NCBI GenBank assembly: GCA_043228905.1
Contig: JBHGNT010000008.1
Coordinates: 248,001-312,000, forward strand
Length of the DNA stretch: 64,000 nt
Direction: 5' to 3'
Source: Azolla caroliniana
Lineage: Eukaryota; Plantae; Polypodiophyta
Of the stretch, positions 62,101-64,000 are shown in pieces; position 1 is the stretch's first letter, and the number at the start of each line of letters is the position of its first letter. The position numbers and the translations under genes are program-made. Below the pieces are notes generated by a model that worked only from the letters and a program-made list of their open reading frames with translations, had not been told where the DNA came from and did not search any database.

Positions 62101-64000
62101 TTTAATTTACGATCGGGCTCTTCTTAACTCCCTCCTCAAATTGGGTAATTTCTTCATGTCTCTCGACGTGAGTTTCAAAATCCTGATTTTTTAATTTCAT
62201 ATCGTAGCTTGCGTTGTTATTTTCGATTCCAATGTTTAAACACTAAAATCCGATATCACATGGGCCAAGTCTAAACATTTTAATTTACTCTCGGGCTCTT
62301 CTCTACTCCCTCCTCTAATTCGGGAATTTTTTCATGTCTCTCGACTTGAAATTCAAAATCTTGATTTTCGAATTCCATTACATAGCTCGCATTGTTAGCT
62401 TCGATTCGCATATTTGAACACTAAAATCCGATATCACATGGCCCAGGTCTAAACATTTTAATTTACTCTCGGGCTCTTCTCTACTCCCTCCTCTAATTTG
62501 GGAATTTCTTCATGTCTCTCAACCTGAGTTACAAAATCTTGATTTTTTAATTCCATATCATAGCTAGCCTTGTTAGCTTCGATTCGTATGTTTGAACACT
62601 AAAATGGGATATCACATGGGCCAGGTATGAACATTTTAATTTACTCACGCGCTCTGCTCAACTCCCTCCTCAAATTTGGTAATTTCTTCATGTCTCTCGA
62701 CCTGATTTTCAAAATCTTGATTTTTTAATTCCATATGATAGCTAGCTTTGTTAGCTTCGATTCTCATATTTGAACACTAAAATCCAATATCACATGGGCC
62801 AGGTATGAACATTTTAATTTACTCTCGGCCTCTTCCCTACTCCCTCCTCTAATTTAGTAATTTCTTCATGTCTCTCGACCTGAGTTTCAAAACCTTGATT
62901 TTTTAATTCCATATCATAGCTAGCCTTGTTAGCTTCGATTCGTATGTTTGAACACTAAAGTCCCATATCACATGGGCCAGGTATGAACATTTTAATTTAC
63001 TCACGCGCTCTTCTCAACTTCCTCCTCAAATTTTGTAATTTCTTCATATCTCTCGACCTGAGTTTCAAAACCTTGATTTATTAATTCCATATCATAACTA
63101 GCGTTGTTAGCTTCGATTCGTATGTTTGAACACTAAAATCCGATATCACATGGGCCAGGTATGAACATTTCAATTTACTCTCGGCCTCCTCTCTACTCCC
63201 TCCTCTAATTTGGGAATGTCTTCATGTCTCTCAACCTGAGTTTCAAAACCTTGATTTTTTAATTCCATATCATAGCTAACCTTGTTAGCTTCGATTCGTA
63301 TGTTTGAACAGTAAAATCCGATATCACATGGGCCAGGTCTAAACATTTTAATTTACTCTCGGGCTCTTCTCAACTCCCTCCTCAAATTCGGTAATTTCTT
63401 CATTTCTCTCGACCTGAGTTTCAAAATCTTGATTTTTTAATTCCATATCATAGCTAGCCTTGTTAGCTTCGATTCGTATGTTTGAACACTAAAATCCGAT
63501 ATCACATGGGCCAGGTATGAACATTTTAATTTACTCTCGGACGCTTCTCAACTCCCTCCTCTAAATTGGTAATTTCTTCATGTCTCTCGACCTAAGTTTC
63601 AAAATCTTGATTTTTTAATTCCATATCATAGCTTGCGTTGTTAGCTTCGATTCGCATGTTTGAACACTAAAATTCTATATCACTTGGGCCAGGTCTGAAC
63701 ATTTTAATTTACTCACACGCTCTTCTAAACTCTCTCCTCAAATTTGGTAATTTGGTCCTATCTCTCGACCTGAGTTTGAAAATCTTGATTTTATAATTGC
63801 ATATCATAGGTACCTTTGTTAGCCTCGATTCGCATGTTTAAACACTAAAATCCGATATCACATGGGCCAGGTCTAAACATTTTAATTTACTCTAGGGCTC
63901 TTCTCTACTCCCTGCTCTAATTTGGGAATTTCTTCATGTCTCTCGACCTGCGTTTCAAAATCTTGATTTTTTAATTCCATAACATAGCTCGCATTGTTAG
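56151..64000 (+). repeat. 178-bp tandem satellite array, segment 3
   Basis: Same monomer and orientation, resuming in register after TSD ATATC and running off the window end. Confidence 0.97.

Noticed and set aside
1-64000. CRISPR-like array or a prokaryotic system
   Set aside because: The whole 178-bp unit repeats with no unique spacers, and there are no cas genes.

Overview
Eukaryotic, centromere-like satellite DNA with no host genes. About 52.5 kb is a head-to-tail array of a 178-bp AT-rich monomer in one orientation, arranged in nested higher-order repeats (3-, 6/7-, 9-, about 33- and about 36-mers, marked by recurring deletion variants). Two nearly identical, intact, very young Ty3/gypsy chromovirus LTR retrotransposons interrupt it: 9417-15148 (+, TSD GTTTG) and 50388-56150 (-, TSD ATATC). 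They look like Tf1/sushi-group elements, possibly Tcn1-like. The most interesting signal is the roughly 470-bp LTR. Its first 71 bp are an antisense tRNA-like cassette with Pol III A and B boxes at exact tRNA spacing, and three more B-box cores follow. A 10-unit in-phase heat-shock-element array abuts the TATA box. The predicted transcript 5' end is complementary to the PBS, indicating tRNA-independent self-priming. Gag-pol is joined by a G_UUA_AAC -1 frameshift site with an 11-bp stem-loop. Inference, untested: a heterochromatin-targeting, heat-inducible element that may carry its own TFIIIC-type insulator. The host species cannot be determined from the sequence alone.
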